The notes beneath the pieces were generated by a model. That model had not been told where the DNA came from, made no database searches, and saw only the letters and a list, made by a program, of their open reading frames with translations. Source: Pseudobdellovibrionaceae bacterium (lineage in GTDB: Bacteria > Bdellovibrionota > Bdellovibrionia > Bdellovibrionales > Bdellovibrionaceae). Taken from it: a stretch of 64,000 nucleotides of DNA. Position numbers and translations under genes: made by a program. Shown piece by piece: positions 36,782 through 46,515 of the stretch (within the stretch, counting starts at the first letter, position 1; every line of letters begins with the position of its first letter). The stretch is taken from the NCBI GenBank assembly GCA_043779185.1, contig JAYWEQ010000156.1:6087-70086 (forward strand). Direction: 5' to 3'.

Positions 36782-38608
36782 ATGTCCAATCTTCTTCAGC
36801 TGCAGCAGGGCTCCAAATTTTTTGGCCCTAAGAAAATCTTTGACCAAGCCCAGTTTTCTATCAATGAAGGAGAGCACGTTGGGGTCATTGGTCCCAATGG
36901 GGCTGGAAAAACAACCTTGTTTCGCATTTTAACTGAGCTGGATACCTTTGACTCAGGAGTTTTAGTTAAATCAAAAAGTTTACGTTTGGGCTATCTGCCC
37001 CAACATGATCAGTGGCGGGAAGGGCAGACAATTGAAGATTATTTAACTGAAGGCTGTGAAATGCCTTTGTGGGAATTAAAATCCTTGGGCCGCGAATTGG
37101 GAATCAGTGAAGATTTGTATAAAAGACCGGTCATGTCCCTGAGTGGGGGATATCGGATGCGCTGCAAACTGCTTTATTTAATTGGCCAAGATCCCAATCT
37201 GATGTTGCTGGATGAGCCCACGAATTATTTGGATTTAGAAACGACTTTAGTTTTAGAAAAGTTTCTTCAAGGCTATAAGGGCGCTTTTTTATTGATTTCC
37301 CATGACCGAGAATTCCTTAGGCGCACGACAGATCATGTCTTAGAAGTCGAGCAGGGTGAAATCACAAAGTACAATGGAAATCTTGATGATTATTTTGAAC
37401 AAAAAGAAATGCTGCGTGGACAATTAGAATCCCGAGCCATGTCAATTCAAGAAAAACGACAACAGGTGTTGGATTTCGTTTCAAAATTTGGTGCAAAAGC
37501 CAGTAAAGCGCGCCAAGCCCAATCGCGATTAAAAAGTTTAAATCGAATGGAAAATATTGAACTGCGCCCCTTGCCAGTCACGGCGTCGATCAAAATTCCA
37601 CGTCCTGTGAAAGCAGGGAAAATTATTGTTAGCATGAAAGAAGCTGAGCTGGGCTATGGCGAAAAGACAGTTCTTAAGAAAGTTAATTTTCATTTGGAAA
37701 ATGGCGACCATATTGCCGTTGTGGGTTTGAATGGCGCCGGCAAGTCCACTTTTCTAAAGGCTCTCGCGCACGTCATGGTTCCCATTAAAGGAAAAATTGA
37801 AACAGGCTATCAAGTAAAAATTGGCTATTATGCCCAGCATGTAGCTGAAAATTTAGATGCAAATAGTAATGTCATTGATGAAATGACAAAAAAAGCGCAC
37901 GTCGAAGTCAGCCGTCAAGAGGGATTGAATATGGCAGGCTCTTTACTTTTTGGTGGTGACGATATTTATAAAAAGATTTCTGTATTATCGGGCGGTGAAA
38001 AATCACGGGTGGCACTAGGTCAAATTCTTTTACAAAAAGCACCCTGTTTGATCTTGGATGAGCCAACAAATCATTTAGATTTTCAAACCGTCGAAGCGTT
38101 GACTCAAGCCTTGATGAAATATGAAGGGACCGTCGCCGTCGTTAGTCATGATCGCAGCTTTATTCGGCGTGTAGGAACTAAGATTCTTGAAGTCAATCAT
38201 GGTCAAGTCAGCGTTTATCCAGGGACCTACGATGAATATGTTTGGAGTTTAGAAAAGGGTGTTTTGTCAAATCGAGGCGCTGAAAATGAAGCAGCGCCGG
38301 TCGAGAAAAAAGCTGCTGTCGCAGCGCCTTCGTCAGATCAGCTGCGCGAGAAAAAAAGAAATCTTGAAAAGAAAATAAAACAAACTGAAAAAAATCTAGA
38401 GGCCTTGGATAAGAATCTTTTGATTCATCAAGAAAAGTTAAGTTTGTTGAACGATCAAATTGCGAATCGAACAACAGGAAATTTTCCGCAAGCGATTCGC
38501 GATTTAACTGAGATCCAACAAAAGATTGAAAAGCTGGAGGAAGAGTGGCTTTCTATGACGGAAATCAGAGATGGCTGCCTGGAAGAACTGAATCAGCTTA
38601 AAGGATAA
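36782..38608 (+). CDS. ABC-F family ATPase (two ABC domains plus a C-terminal coiled coil)
   Basis: Two Walker A motifs (GPNGAGKTT, GLNGAGKST), two LSGG signatures, two Walker B motifs (LLDEPTN, ILDEPTNHLD). The start is chosen at ATG 36782 (MSNLLQL...). Confidence 0.9.
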   Translation: MSNLLQLQQGSKFFGPKKIFDQAQFSINEGEHVGVIGPNGAGKTTLFRILTELDTFDSGVLVKSKSLRLGYLPQHDQWREGQTIEDYLTEGCEMPLWELKSLGRELGISEDLYKRPVMSLSGGYRMRCKLLYLIGQDPNLMLLDEPTNYLDLETTLVLEKFLQGYKGAFLLISHDREFLRRTTDHVLEVEQGEITKYNGNLDDYFEQKEMLRGQLESRAMSIQEKRQQVLDFVSKFGAKASKARQAQSRLKSLNRMENIELRPLPVTASIKIPRPVKAGKIIVSMKEAELGYGEKTVLKKVNFHLENGDHIAVVGLNGAGKSTFLKALAHVMVPIKGKIETGYQVKIGYYAQHVAENLDANSNVIDEMTKKAHVEVSRQEGLNMAGSLLFGGDDIYKKISVLSGGEKSRVALGQILLQKAPCLILDEPTNHLDFQTVEALTQALMKYEGTVAVVSHDRSFIRRVGTKILEVNHGQVSVYPGTYDEYVWSLEKGVLSNRGAENEAAPVEKKAAVAAPSSDQLREKKRNLEKKIKQTEKNLEALDKNLLIHQEKLSLLNDQIANRTTGNFPQAIRDLTEIQQKIEKLEEEWLSMTEIRDGCLEELNQLKG

Positions 38609-38614
38609 ATTTTA

Positions 38615-39259
38615 ATGGCTTCTGAAATTAAAATAAGACCATTTTTGCGAGGGCGTTTTCATGAAGCTGCTTTTTTTTATGGATTAGGAGCCTCGACCTT
38701 ATTGGTGGCCGTCGCCCATGAATCAACGGCTCGATGGGCTGCCATAATTTATGGACTTTGCTTAGCCGGACTGTTTGGGATCAGCAGTCTTTATCACCGA
38801 ATTGATTGGCAGCCCAAGAGATATGCTTTATTGAAAAGACTTGATCACGCGATGATCTTTATTTTCATCGCAGGCACAGTGACTCCGATCTGCCTTGTGG
38901 GATTGCCGCAAGAAACAGGCATGAAGGTTCTGGCCCTTTTTTGGGGAGCGGCACTTCTAGGTGTCTGCAAAGAGCTTTTATGGTTGAAAGCTCCTAAATG
39001 GGTTTCTGCTATTTTGTACGTTGCGATGGGCTGGTTAGCGGGGCCCTTTATCTCTGAATTTTTGTCGGCTTTAGGTCCCCTGAGCACATGGCTTTTAATT
39101 ATCGGTGGTGTGATCTACACTTTGGGTGCAATAATTTACGCCATCAAATGGCCAAATCCTCGGCCTACTATATTTGGCTATCATGAAATTTTTCATATCT
39201 TGGTCATGATCGCCAGCGTCTTCCATTTTATTGTAATATATCGTTTAATTGCAGCTTAA
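38615..39259 (+). CDS. hemolysin III / PAQR family membrane protein
   Basis: 7 TM helices. Motifs LDHAMIF and YHEIFH. Confidence 0.9.
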   Translation: MASEIKIRPFLRGRFHEAAFFYGLGASTLLVAVAHESTARWAAIIYGLCLAGLFGISSLYHRIDWQPKRYALLKRLDHAMIFIFIAGTVTPICLVGLPQETGMKVLALFWGAALLGVCKELLWLKAPKWVSAILYVAMGWLAGPFISEFLSALGPLSTWLLIIGGVIYTLGAIIYAIKWPNPRPTIFGYHEIFHILVMIASVFHFIVIYRLIAA

Positions 39260-39280
39260 ATCATCGTTGAAGGAGAGCTC

Positions 39281-39820
39281 ATGGATTCAGCATCACTTTG
39301 TCCTTGTGGGACCGGCAAAAAATATCATGATTGCTGTGAGCCCTTTATTAAAGGCAAGCAAAGTCCAGCAACCGCTGTTGAATTGATGCGTTCAAGATAT
39401 ACGGCTTTTGCTGCCGGCGAGATTTCATATTTAAAAGATTCACTGGCTCCCGAAGAGCAAAAAACATTTGATATGAAATCCACTATTGATTGGTCAAAAA
39501 AATCCAAGTGGTTGGGTTTAGAAATTATGGACGTTAAAAAAGGTGGCACTGATGATAAAGAGGGCACCGTTGAATTTATGGCGAAGTATTCTTTTGAAGG
39601 AAAGACCCTCGAACATCACGAAGTCGCACAGTTTCGAAAGTCCCAAGGCCAATGGCATTTTGTCGATGGGGAATCCCATACGCATGAAGAAGGTCAAGGA
39701 CATCAACATCATGCTAGGCCAGAAACAGTTGTACGAGAAGAGCCTAAAATTGGTCGAAATGATCCTTGCACTTGTGGCAGCGGTAAAAAATATAAAAAGT
39801 GTTGTGGGGCAGCGGCTTAA
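39281..39820 (+). CDS. ychJ: YchJ family protein (SEC-C motifs at both ends)
   Basis: [13 protein letters not shown] at the N-terminus and [13 protein letters not shown] at the C-terminus flank an NTF2-like core. Confidence 0.9.
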   Translation: MDSASLCPCGTGKKYHDCCEPFIKGKQSPATAVELMRSRYTAFAAGEISYLKDSLAPEEQKTFDMKSTIDWSKKSKWLGLEIMDVKKGGTDDKEGTVEFMAKYSFEGKTLEHHEVAQFRKSQGQWHFVDGESHTHEEGQGHQHHARPETVVREEPKIGRNDPCTCGSGKKYKKCCGAAA

Positions 39821-39999
39821 AGACCTTTTCCGCAATCAACACAGAATTTTCCACGCGCTTTTCTTTGTTCAGCGTGTTTTCTAAGATCACATTTGGTTTG
39901 AATCAATTTATTCACGACTTCCCCGCAGCTTGGGCAAAACTTGACCGCAGCATTGGATTTTCCATGGTTCATATTCGGACAACGTGTTCTTGATTCCAT
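39817..39999 (-). CDS. small zinc-ribbon protein (60 aa), hypothetical
   Basis: AAGAGG RBS 4 nt upstream. CPSC...CVDC pairs. Shares a TTAA stop overlap with ychJ. Confidence 0.5.
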   Translation of the reverse strand: MESRTRCPNMNHGKSNAAVKFCPSCGEVVNKLIQTKCDLRKHAEQRKARGKFCVDCGKGL

Positions 40000-40160
40000 C
40001 AGACCTCTTTGGTGCCGCAGGCGACGTCCTTAGATTAACAGTGGCCGACATGATTAGATAGGAATAGTTAAAAACCTTCCTGATCTGACTTGTGAGAGTC
40101 TGGGAATTAAAGTATTTTAAGAGCGTCCGAGGTGCCGCCCCGACGATATGATGAAATGAA

Positions 40161-41774
40161 ATGGCGCTGAGTTGGCAATGGTTTTTTAATTGCATGGTTT
40201 TTTGTCATAAGGATCAATTTTTGAAAAATTCCGATTTTGAAAAAATACTGCAAAAAAATTTCTCATTACCGGGCTTTCGCAAAGGGCAGCGAGAAATAAT
40301 TACGGCGGTGTTAGAAAAAAAAGATGTTCTCGCCGTTCTGCCAACGGGCGGAGGAAAGTCTTTGTGCTATCAATTTCCAGCCCTCTGGACCCAGCAACTT
40401 GTTATTGTTATTTCACCCCTGATCGCGCTGATGCGAGATCAAGTCGCTTCTTTGCATCGTATGGGTTTACGTGCGGGCTGCCTTTACTCGGGTCAAACAG
40501 ATCAAGAAAAAAGAGCCTTATTTCAAGAAATGAACGAAGGGGGGCCCTTTGTTCTTTATTTATCGCCCGAGCGAGTTCAAAAAGAAGGCTTTAAAAAATG
40601 GATCATGAATCGAAATATTGCCCTTTTCGCTGTGGATGAGGCTCATTGCGTTTCGCAGTGGGGTCATGATTTTCGCGAAGAGTACACGCAGATCAATGTT
40701 TTAAAAATATTGCGTCCAGATATTCCGATCCTGGCATTAACGGCTTCGGCCACGCCGATTGTGTTGAACGACATCTCAAAAAACCTGTCTTTGAACAAAC
40801 CAGAGAAAATGGTGCATGGCTTTTACCGACCGAATCTTTTCTATCAAGTTGAAGCCTGCGCTGATGAAGAGGACAAACTTGAATATCTATCCCAAAGCTT
40901 GCGGCAAATTCCGACAGGCCGAAAACTAATTTATTGCGGGACTCGCAAGCAAACTGAAGAACTGGCGCGATTCTTAGAGAAAAAATTTGACGGTGTTGAT
41001 TATTATCACGCCGGCCTTTCCACCAGCGAAAGAACGCGGGTGCAAGAACAGTATATCCGCAGTGAGCTAAAAATTTTAGTGGCCACCAATGCTTTTGGCA
41101 TGGGCATTGATCAGCCAGATGTGCGATTGGTTGTGCATTACCAATTGCCGGCCAATATTGATTCGCTTTATCAAGAAATGGGTCGAGCCGGTCGGGACGA
41201 AAAAGAATCCAACTGTTTATTATTGTATGCAAAAGCCGATAAAGGATTGCAGTCTTTCTTTATTATGAATTCCGATGCTCCCAAAGCGATCAAAGATTCG
41301 CGTTGGAGAAATTTAGAGGCCCTTGTCAACTATGCGGAAGGCAGTGAGTGTCGGCATGGAGAAATTTTAACCTATTACAGAGATTCACAGCGCCTCAGGG
41401 CTTGTGGTCACTGCGATGCTTGTGAGCCAAAGTCAGAGCGAAAGATTGTAAAAGCTCCACGTCAGACGGCAGTGATCTCGGCAGCCAGCCAAATTAAGTT
41501 GCGTAGCAAAGTAAAAAAGAAATCTTCCATGGTTGAAGTGACAATGGACGATTTGCAAGAAAGACGTTTCTTAAGTTTAAAAGCATGGCGAAAACAAAAA
41601 GCGATAGAGTTAGATTTGCCGGCCTTTGTCGTTTTCAGCGATCAAACATTAAAACATCTGTCAGTTAAAAATCCCCAAACGCTGGACCAGATGAAATTGG
41701 TCCATGGTATCGGCGATATGAAGCTCGAAAAGTTTGGTTGGGATATTTTAGCCCAACTTCAACAAATCGATTAA
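40161..41774 (+). CDS. recQ: RecQ-family ATP-dependent DNA helicase with HRDC domain
   Basis: PTGGGKSLCYQ, DEAHCVSQWGHDFR, TATA-like LTASAT, zinc-binding C..C..C..C and the C-terminal HRDC (VFSDQTLKHL...). The true start may be ATG 40194. Confidence 0.9.
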   Translation: MALSWQWFFNCMVFCHKDQFLKNSDFEKILQKNFSLPGFRKGQREIITAVLEKKDVLAVLPTGGGKSLCYQFPALWTQQLVIVISPLIALMRDQVASLHRMGLRAGCLYSGQTDQEKRALFQEMNEGGPFVLYLSPERVQKEGFKKWIMNRNIALFAVDEAHCVSQWGHDFREEYTQINVLKILRPDIPILALTASATPIVLNDISKNLSLNKPEKMVHGFYRPNLFYQVEACADEEDKLEYLSQSLRQIPTGRKLIYCGTRKQTEELARFLEKKFDGVDYYHAGLSTSERTRVQEQYIRSELKILVATNAFGMGIDQPDVRLVVHYQLPANIDSLYQEMGRAGRDEKESNCLLLYAKADKGLQSFFIMNSDAPKAIKDSRWRNLEALVNYAEGSECRHGEILTYYRDSQRLRACGHCDACEPKSERKIVKAPRQTAVISAASQIKLRSKVKKKSSMVEVTMDDLQERRFLSLKAWRKQKAIELDLPAFVVFSDQTLKHLSVKNPQTLDQMKLVHGIGDMKLEKFGWDILAQLQQID

Positions 41775-42073
41775 ATAAGTTCCTCTTCGTCAGGTAAAAT
41801 ATCATTTTCAGGATCTCCGCCAGCTGCATTATTCTTGGCGCGGATGGCGCGATCCATCTGATCTTTGACGTCTAATTCACCGCGGATAAATTTTGGATCT
41901 TCCGACAGAGGCGGAGTATCCCGGCCAAATCCCCCTAAGTTTTCATCGGCATGCCGCGGGCTTGATAGAGCCGTTTCATCTTGATCTAAAATAATATCTC
42001 TTTCATCGTCTGCATCCTCTAAAATATCAGGATTTTCTGAACTCCTTAAGCCACCAATTTCTATATTTGCCAT
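41771..42073 (-). CDS. small acidic hypothetical protein (100 aa)
   Basis: Strong GGAGG RBS. Asp/Glu-rich, probably disordered. No family recognised. Confidence 0.55.
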   Translation of the reverse strand: MANIEIGGLRSSENPDILEDADDERDIILDQDETALSSPRHADENLGGFGRDTPPLSEDPKFIRGELDVKDQMDRAIRAKNNAAGGDPENDILPDEEELI

Positions 42074-42135
42074 AAATCCTCCAGAGCTTTATTCTAGTGG
42101 GACCATCGACTTATTTGAAGTGATCTTGGGAAGCA

Positions 42136-42149
42136 TGACAAGATTGTCT
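42136..42149. promoter_or_regulatory. dyad TGACAA-ga-TTGTCT (candidate operator, 11/12 match to the 19975 motif)
   Basis: In the divergent intergenic region between 42073(-) and 42185(+). The TTGTCT half could double as a -35 box, with TAAAGT 16 nt downstream. Confidence 0.35.
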
Positions 42150-42184
42150 AAAGTTTTTCAGTGAATAAAGTGATATAGGAAATC

Positions 42185-42673
42185 ATGGGAAAAAAAGAGG
42201 GACTTCATATTATTGCATTATTTGAACTTCTGAAAGGAGCTTTGGTTCTGTTTGTTGGACTAGGGCTTTTGACGATGATTCATAAAGATCTGCAGGAGTT
42301 TGGCGAAAGACTGATCGAACTCTTGCATTTGAACCCGGCTCAGCATTATCCAAGAATTTTTCTACTTTTTCTTGAGCGAGTTTCTGATATGAATTTTTTC
42401 CTGCTAGCCACTGGTGCCTTTCTATATTCGTTAGTTCGATTTGCAGAAGCCTATGGGCTTTGGAAACAACGGGCATGGGCTGAATGGATGGCGATCTTAT
42501 CGGGTGCGGCCTATTTGCCCATTGAAATATTTGAGATGTCGAAACTGATAAATTGGCCACGCATTCTGGTCACATCAGTCAATTTCGGTGTGGTCATTTA
42601 TTTAATTCGAATTAAATTTTGGAAGGAAAATTTCTATGGTACAGACAGTAGCGATTCAGGGAGCATCGAATAA
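42185..42673 (+). CDS. DUF2127-like membrane protein
   Basis: 162 aa, 4 TM helices, N-terminal ...LFELLKGALVL... pattern. Confidence 0.65.
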   Translation: MGKKEGLHIIALFELLKGALVLFVGLGLLTMIHKDLQEFGERLIELLHLNPAQHYPRIFLLFLERVSDMNFFLLATGAFLYSLVRFAEAYGLWKQRAWAEWMAILSGAAYLPIEIFEMSKLINWPRILVTSVNFGVVIYLIRIKFWKENFYGTDSSDSGSIE

Positions 42674-43001
42674 TCCCGACCGATATTCTTACATGGCGTT
42701 TAAACTATTACAGGAGATGGGTCATCGAATTATTCCTGTTTCTCCAAAGATGGCTTTCCTAGAAAACAGCCCTGTTATTTCAGACCTCAATAAAATTAAT
42801 GAACGAGTCCATACCTTGACAATGTATATTGGGCCTGATCGATCGACAGTTTTGCAAGATCAAATTTTGAAATTAAAACCCGGCAGAGTTATTTTTAACC
42901 CGGGCAGTGAAAACCCAACTTTACAAAAGCTTTTATTGGCAGCAGGGATTCCTGTCCTAGAAGCATGCACTTTGGTTTTATTACGAAATGGAAAATTTTA
43001 A
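42636..43001 (+). CDS. CoA-binding domain protein (YccU-like)
   Basis: VAIQGASNNPDRYSY...IPVSPK pattern. Overlaps the upstream gene by 38 nt. Confidence 0.85.
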   Translation: MVQTVAIQGASNNPDRYSYMAFKLLQEMGHRIIPVSPKMAFLENSPVISDLNKINERVHTLTMYIGPDRSTVLQDQILKLKPGRVIFNPGSENPTLQKLLLAAGIPVLEACTLVLLRNGKF

Positions 43002-43015
43002 CTGCTGGCGACATA

Positions 43016-43029
43016 TGACACTTTTGTCA
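43016..43029. promoter_or_regulatory. dyad TGACAc-tt-TTGTCA (candidate operator, 11/12 match)
   Basis: 15 nt after the CoA-binding gene stop and about 90 nt upstream of ATG 43121. Confidence 0.35.
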
Positions 43030-43120
43030 CAGATGCAGACCTGTGTTGACGGAGTCCGACCTAAAATGTTTCAAAAGGGTCATATTTAAATGCAGAATAG
43101 TTCTGCTCAACTCAAGGAGA

Positions 43121-43408
43121 ATGATGATGAAAAAAATGATGATGGTTTTCGCTGGACTGATGGTTGTTAGCTCAATGGCTTTTGCGGCTGATGCTGAGAA
43201 CAAAGAAGACACAAAGATGAACGAACATACAAATCCGATCACGGGAACTAAGACTGTGAAGAAGACTCACAAGCATATGGCGAACGATGAAAAAGGTCAG
43301 TCGGCTGATATGACAGTCACAGAGACAACTAAAACCAAAAAAGACGGCACTGTGAAAAAGACAGTTGAAGCGACTTCGGACACAACTTCTAAAACTGAAA
43401 AGCATTAA
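43121..43408 (+). CDS. small secreted Lys/Thr-rich protein
   Basis: AAGGAG RBS and a signal peptide (MMMKKMMMVFAGLMVVSSMAFA). The mature part is low-complexity. Confidence 0.6.
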   Translation: MMMKKMMMVFAGLMVVSSMAFAADAENKEDTKMNEHTNPITGTKTVKKTHKHMANDEKGQSADMTVTETTKTKKDGTVKKTVEATSDTTSKTEKH

Positions 43409-43417
43409 TTTTTATAA

Positions 43418-43444
43418 CAAGGGGCTCATTTTTTCAGCCCCTTG
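43418..43444. terminator. hairpin between convergent genes
   Basis: caaggggct / agccccttg perfect 9-bp stem with a T-rich loop. Confidence 0.55.
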
Positions 43445-43456
43445 TCGTTCTAGTTG

Positions 43457-44032
43457 TTATTGAAGCCGTGATTCTTTGGATTTTGCAGGACTCTTTTTGA
43501 CGGCCGCCAAAGGCATTTTTGTTTTTCCTTTTGCAGGCGCTTTACCATTTAAAGTGGTTTGATTTAAAACCATCTTTTCAACTTCAGGTCGGAATTTTTC
43601 TTTAGCTGCAAGCATGAGCTGACCCATTTGGTCGCGCTCTTCGGCAGAAAAATTCTTTTTAATTTTAGGGAAAAGCTCTTCTTCTTCCTCTTCCTTGGCA
43701 TGATGCTCTAGCAACTCTTTTGTGACTGTCAAAGCGGCCTTAAATTCACCATTGCCACCGGGTTTTACTGACAAAAGGCGTTTTAAAGTATTCTCAACAA
43801 GGCTATGTTCAATAAAACCTTCCAGAGTAAAATCTTTAAAGTCTTCTTTTTTACTTTCAATCATTTCATAAAGTCCCTTTTCTTCGCTTTTGGCGTGAAG
43901 AAGAACAGCAATAGCAAACTCTTGAGTCATTTTTTCGGCGTTATGCGACGGGCTGTCGGTCATTTTTTCTAATTTCTCGATCGCTTCGAAAGCTTCGTCA
44001 TGATCCTTTTTAATTAATTTCAAAATATCCAC
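43457..44032 (-). CDS. hemerythrin-like domain protein
   Basis: IKKDHDE, HAKSEEKGLYE, EHSLVE and HHAKEEEEELFP metal-ligand spacing. Confidence 0.75.
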   Translation of the reverse strand: MDILKLIKKDHDEAFEAIEKLEKMTDSPSHNAEKMTQEFAIAVLLHAKSEEKGLYEMIESKKEDFKDFTLEGFIEHSLVENTLKRLLSVKPGGNGEFKAALTVTKELLEHHAKEEEEEELFPKIKKNFSAEERDQMGQLMLAAKEKFRPEVEKMVLNQTTLNGKAPAKGKTKMPLAAVKKSPAKSKESRLQ

Positions 44033-44133
44033 AGATCCTCCATTGTTGCATTGAGTGAAGAACCAAAGATAAACCTGATGAAGTATTGTTGGGTCACAGT
44101 CATCAGAAGAAATATTGGCTATTTCGTCATAAC

Positions 44134-45942
44134 TTATTTGGAGGTTTTCGCTTTTGCATCCAGCTCAGCCCAGCGGGCGAACAGTTTTTCAAGGTCACTT
44201 TGTAGGCCTGAAATCAGCGTCGATAGCTCGACCAGCTTTGAAGAATCTGAAATAATTTGAGAGTCTTGAATTTTCTCTTGAGCCTCGGAAAGTAGTTTTT
44301 CCTTAGTTTGAATAAGGCCTTCCATATTATCTAATTCAAATTGTTCTTTAAAAGAAATTTTTGTGGCTTTTTCATTGCGGGCCTTGATCGCCGCCGGAGA
44401 ATTTTTATTTTTCTCTTTAGCCTTTTGTTCTTCAAACCAACTTTCATACTGCAAATAACCAGTGAACCTTTCTAGGGGCTGGTCATCTCCTTCAGTGACT
44501 GGAAAAGCTAAAATATCAGTGCAAACCGCATCCATAAAATAACGATCATGAGTCACCAGGATCACGGCACCATTAAATTCAGCCAGCGCGTCTTCTAAAA
44601 CTGCTAAAGTATCAACATCCAAATCATTGGTGGGTTCATCCAAAATTAAAACTTGCCCATCTTGCAACATCATTTGCGCAATCCGAAGCCTTGCCTGTTC
44701 GCCCCCTGATAATCTTTCCACAGCAAGATCTGCGGCCTGCCCCTTAAAATGAAAGCGGTCTAAATAGCTTCTAGCATAAACATGCTGACCCCTATAAGAG
44801 ACATAGTCGCCATCGGCCACTAAGTTTTTTAAAACACTTAGTTTGGGATTTAAAGTATCCCGACTTTGTTCAAAATAAACGACGCGCAAGCCATCGGCTG
44901 GTTTGACCTTCCCCGAATCGGGAGTGACTTGTCCCATCAATGTTTTAATTAATGTCGACTTGCCGCAACCGTTATCGCCCAGCAAAGCCAAACGTGTGTT
45001 TGGGCGAATTAACAGATCTAAATTTTTAAAAAGAATTTTGCCATTGTAAGATTTGGTAATATCCAAGGCCTCGATCAGCTTTTTTGGATTGCGATCGTTT
45101 TCTCCAAAATCAATGCCCACCTGACGATCTCTATTTTTTTGCGAAAGCTGGCTGACGTCTTCCGCCAAGGCGCCAGCACTTTCGATTCTTGCTTTTTGTT
45201 TTGTTTGCCTGGCTTTGGCGCCCCGTCGCAACCATTCAGTTTCACGACGAAGAGTATTTTTTAAAACCTTTTCGCGCGTCTGTTGGGCCTCGAGCAATTG
45301 TTCTTTGGTCTCAACATAGGTGGCGTAATCGCCTTTCACAGAAATAATGTAATTTGGATTTTTCGGGTCTAAATCAAGAATCCGATTCACAACACGCTGT
45401 AAAAATAATCGATCATGGGTGATCATCAGCAGGGCAAACGGAGCCGTTTTTAAATATTCCTCCAGCCACAGGATACTTGAAATATCTAAATGATTGGTGG
45501 GCTCGTCCATTAACAGTAAATCAGGAGAGTTCACTAATTCCCGTGCCAAAGCCACTTTCTTTTTCCAGCCGCCAGAAAGTTTTGAGACTAAAAAATCTTC
45601 ACCGAATTGATTCAAGTCAAGTCGACCCATCCACTCATAGGCCAAAGCCATGACTTCATGAGGATCTTCAGATTTAGAAATAAGGCTGGAATAAATTGTC
45701 TCTGAGTCCTCAAAGGTTGGATTTTGTTCAAGGAAACCAACTTTAAGGCCCCTTTGGAGCGTCACTTGGCCTTGATCAGCTGTCATACGACCGCAAATCA
45801 TTTTTAGTAAAGTGGATTTGCCGGCGCCATTGGGACCAACCAAGCCGACACGATCGTTTTCATCCAAACCAAAATTCAAGGATTCAAATAATAGCTTACC
45901 GGCAAAAGATTTCTCAAGATTATGGACATTAAAAATAGGCAT
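44134..45942 (-). CDS. ABC-F family ATPase (Uup/EttA-type architecture)
   Basis: Two Walker A motifs (GPNGAGKST, GDNGCGKST), two LSGG motifs, two Walker B motifs, C-terminal coiled coil. Confidence 0.9.
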   Translation of the reverse strand: MPIFNVHNLEKSFAGKLLFESLNFGLDENDRVGLVGPNGAGKSTLLKMICGRMTADQGQVTLQRGLKVGFLEQNPTFEDSETIYSSLISKSEDPHEVMALAYEWMGRLDLNQFGEDFLVSKLSGGWKKKVALARELVNSPDLLLMDEPTNHLDISSILWLEEYLKTAPFALLMITHDRLFLQRVVNRILDLDPKNPNYIISVKGDYATYVETKEQLLEAQQTREKVLKNTLRRETEWLRRGAKARQTKQKARIESAGALAEDVSQLSQKNRDRQVGIDFGENDRNPKKLIEALDITKSYNGKILFKNLDLLIRPNTRLALLGDNGCGKSTLIKTLMGQVTPDSGKVKPADGLRVVYFEQSRDTLNPKLSVLKNLVADGDYVSYRGQHVYARSYLDRFHFKGQAADLAVERLSGGEQARLRIAQMMLQDGQVLILDEPTNDLDVDTLAVLEDALAEFNGAVILVTHDRYFMDAVCTDILAFPVTEGDDQPLERFTGYLQYESWFEEQKAKEKNKNSPAAIKARNEKATKISFKEQFELDNMEGLIQTKEKLLSEAQEKIQDSQIISDSSKLVELSTLISGLQSDLEKLFARWAELDAKAKTSK

Positions 45943-46515
45943 ATGACGTCATATCATTTAAACTGTCTGCAAACGAGGGCTTTTTTGGCAACAATCATCT
46001 CTCATACGGCGATTCCTATTGCCCTTTTTTGGGCGGCAGGGCGCAAGAAAATTTCCCCCCGGCTTTTTGTGACTGGAATTCTGCTTTCCATGGCGCCGGA
46101 CCTAGATATCATTGGATTTTATTTTAATATTGATTATGGCGCAGCTCTAGGGCACCGGGGAATGACCCATTCGCTCTTTTTTGCATCAGTTGTGGCTTTA
46201 TTATTGACTCAATTTTCAAAATTTTTTCGTTCAAGGCCCATGACGATCTTTATTTTCTCTTTTATCAGCATGGCTTCCCATGGTGTTTTAGATGCCCTGA
46301 CGAATGGCGGCCTGGGGGTGGCGTTTTTTTGGCCTTTTTCAAACCGAAGATTCTTTTTTCCCTGGCATGAGATTATTGTTTCACCGATCGGCCTGAAGAA
46401 TTTTTTAAACAGTCGGGCTTGGGTGGTTTTTCAATCTGAAATAATTTACATCTGGGTTCCTTGCCTGACTTTTGCCTTCCTCTTTCGCCGGTTCCAAGCT
46501 AAGAAGCGGGCATGA
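45922..46515 (+). CDS. membrane-bound metal-dependent hydrolase (YdjM/DUF457-like)
   Basis: ISHTAIPI, GHRGMTHS and SHGVLDALTNGG motifs with 4-5 TM helices. The start is uncertain (TTG 45985 is plausible). Confidence 0.7.
   Translation: MDIKNRHMTSYHLNCLQTRAFLATIISHTAIPIALFWAAGRKKISPRLFVTGILLSMAPDLDIIGFYFNIDYGAALGHRGMTHSLFFASVVALLLTQFSKFFRSRPMTIFIFSFISMASHGVLDALTNGGLGVAFFWPFSNRRFFFPWHEIIVSPIGLKNFLNSRAWVVFQSEIIYIWVPCLTFAFLFRRFQAKKRA

Noticed and set aside
40162-40177. Sigma-54-like TGGCGC-tgagt-TGGCA before recQ.
   Set aside because: The -12 box is degenerate, the element overlaps the candidate recQ start codons, and it would leave essentially no leader or RBS.
40693-41232. 179-aa minus-strand ORF inside recQ.
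   Set aside because: It is antisense to strongly supported RecQ helicase motifs, with no RBS or recognisable domain.
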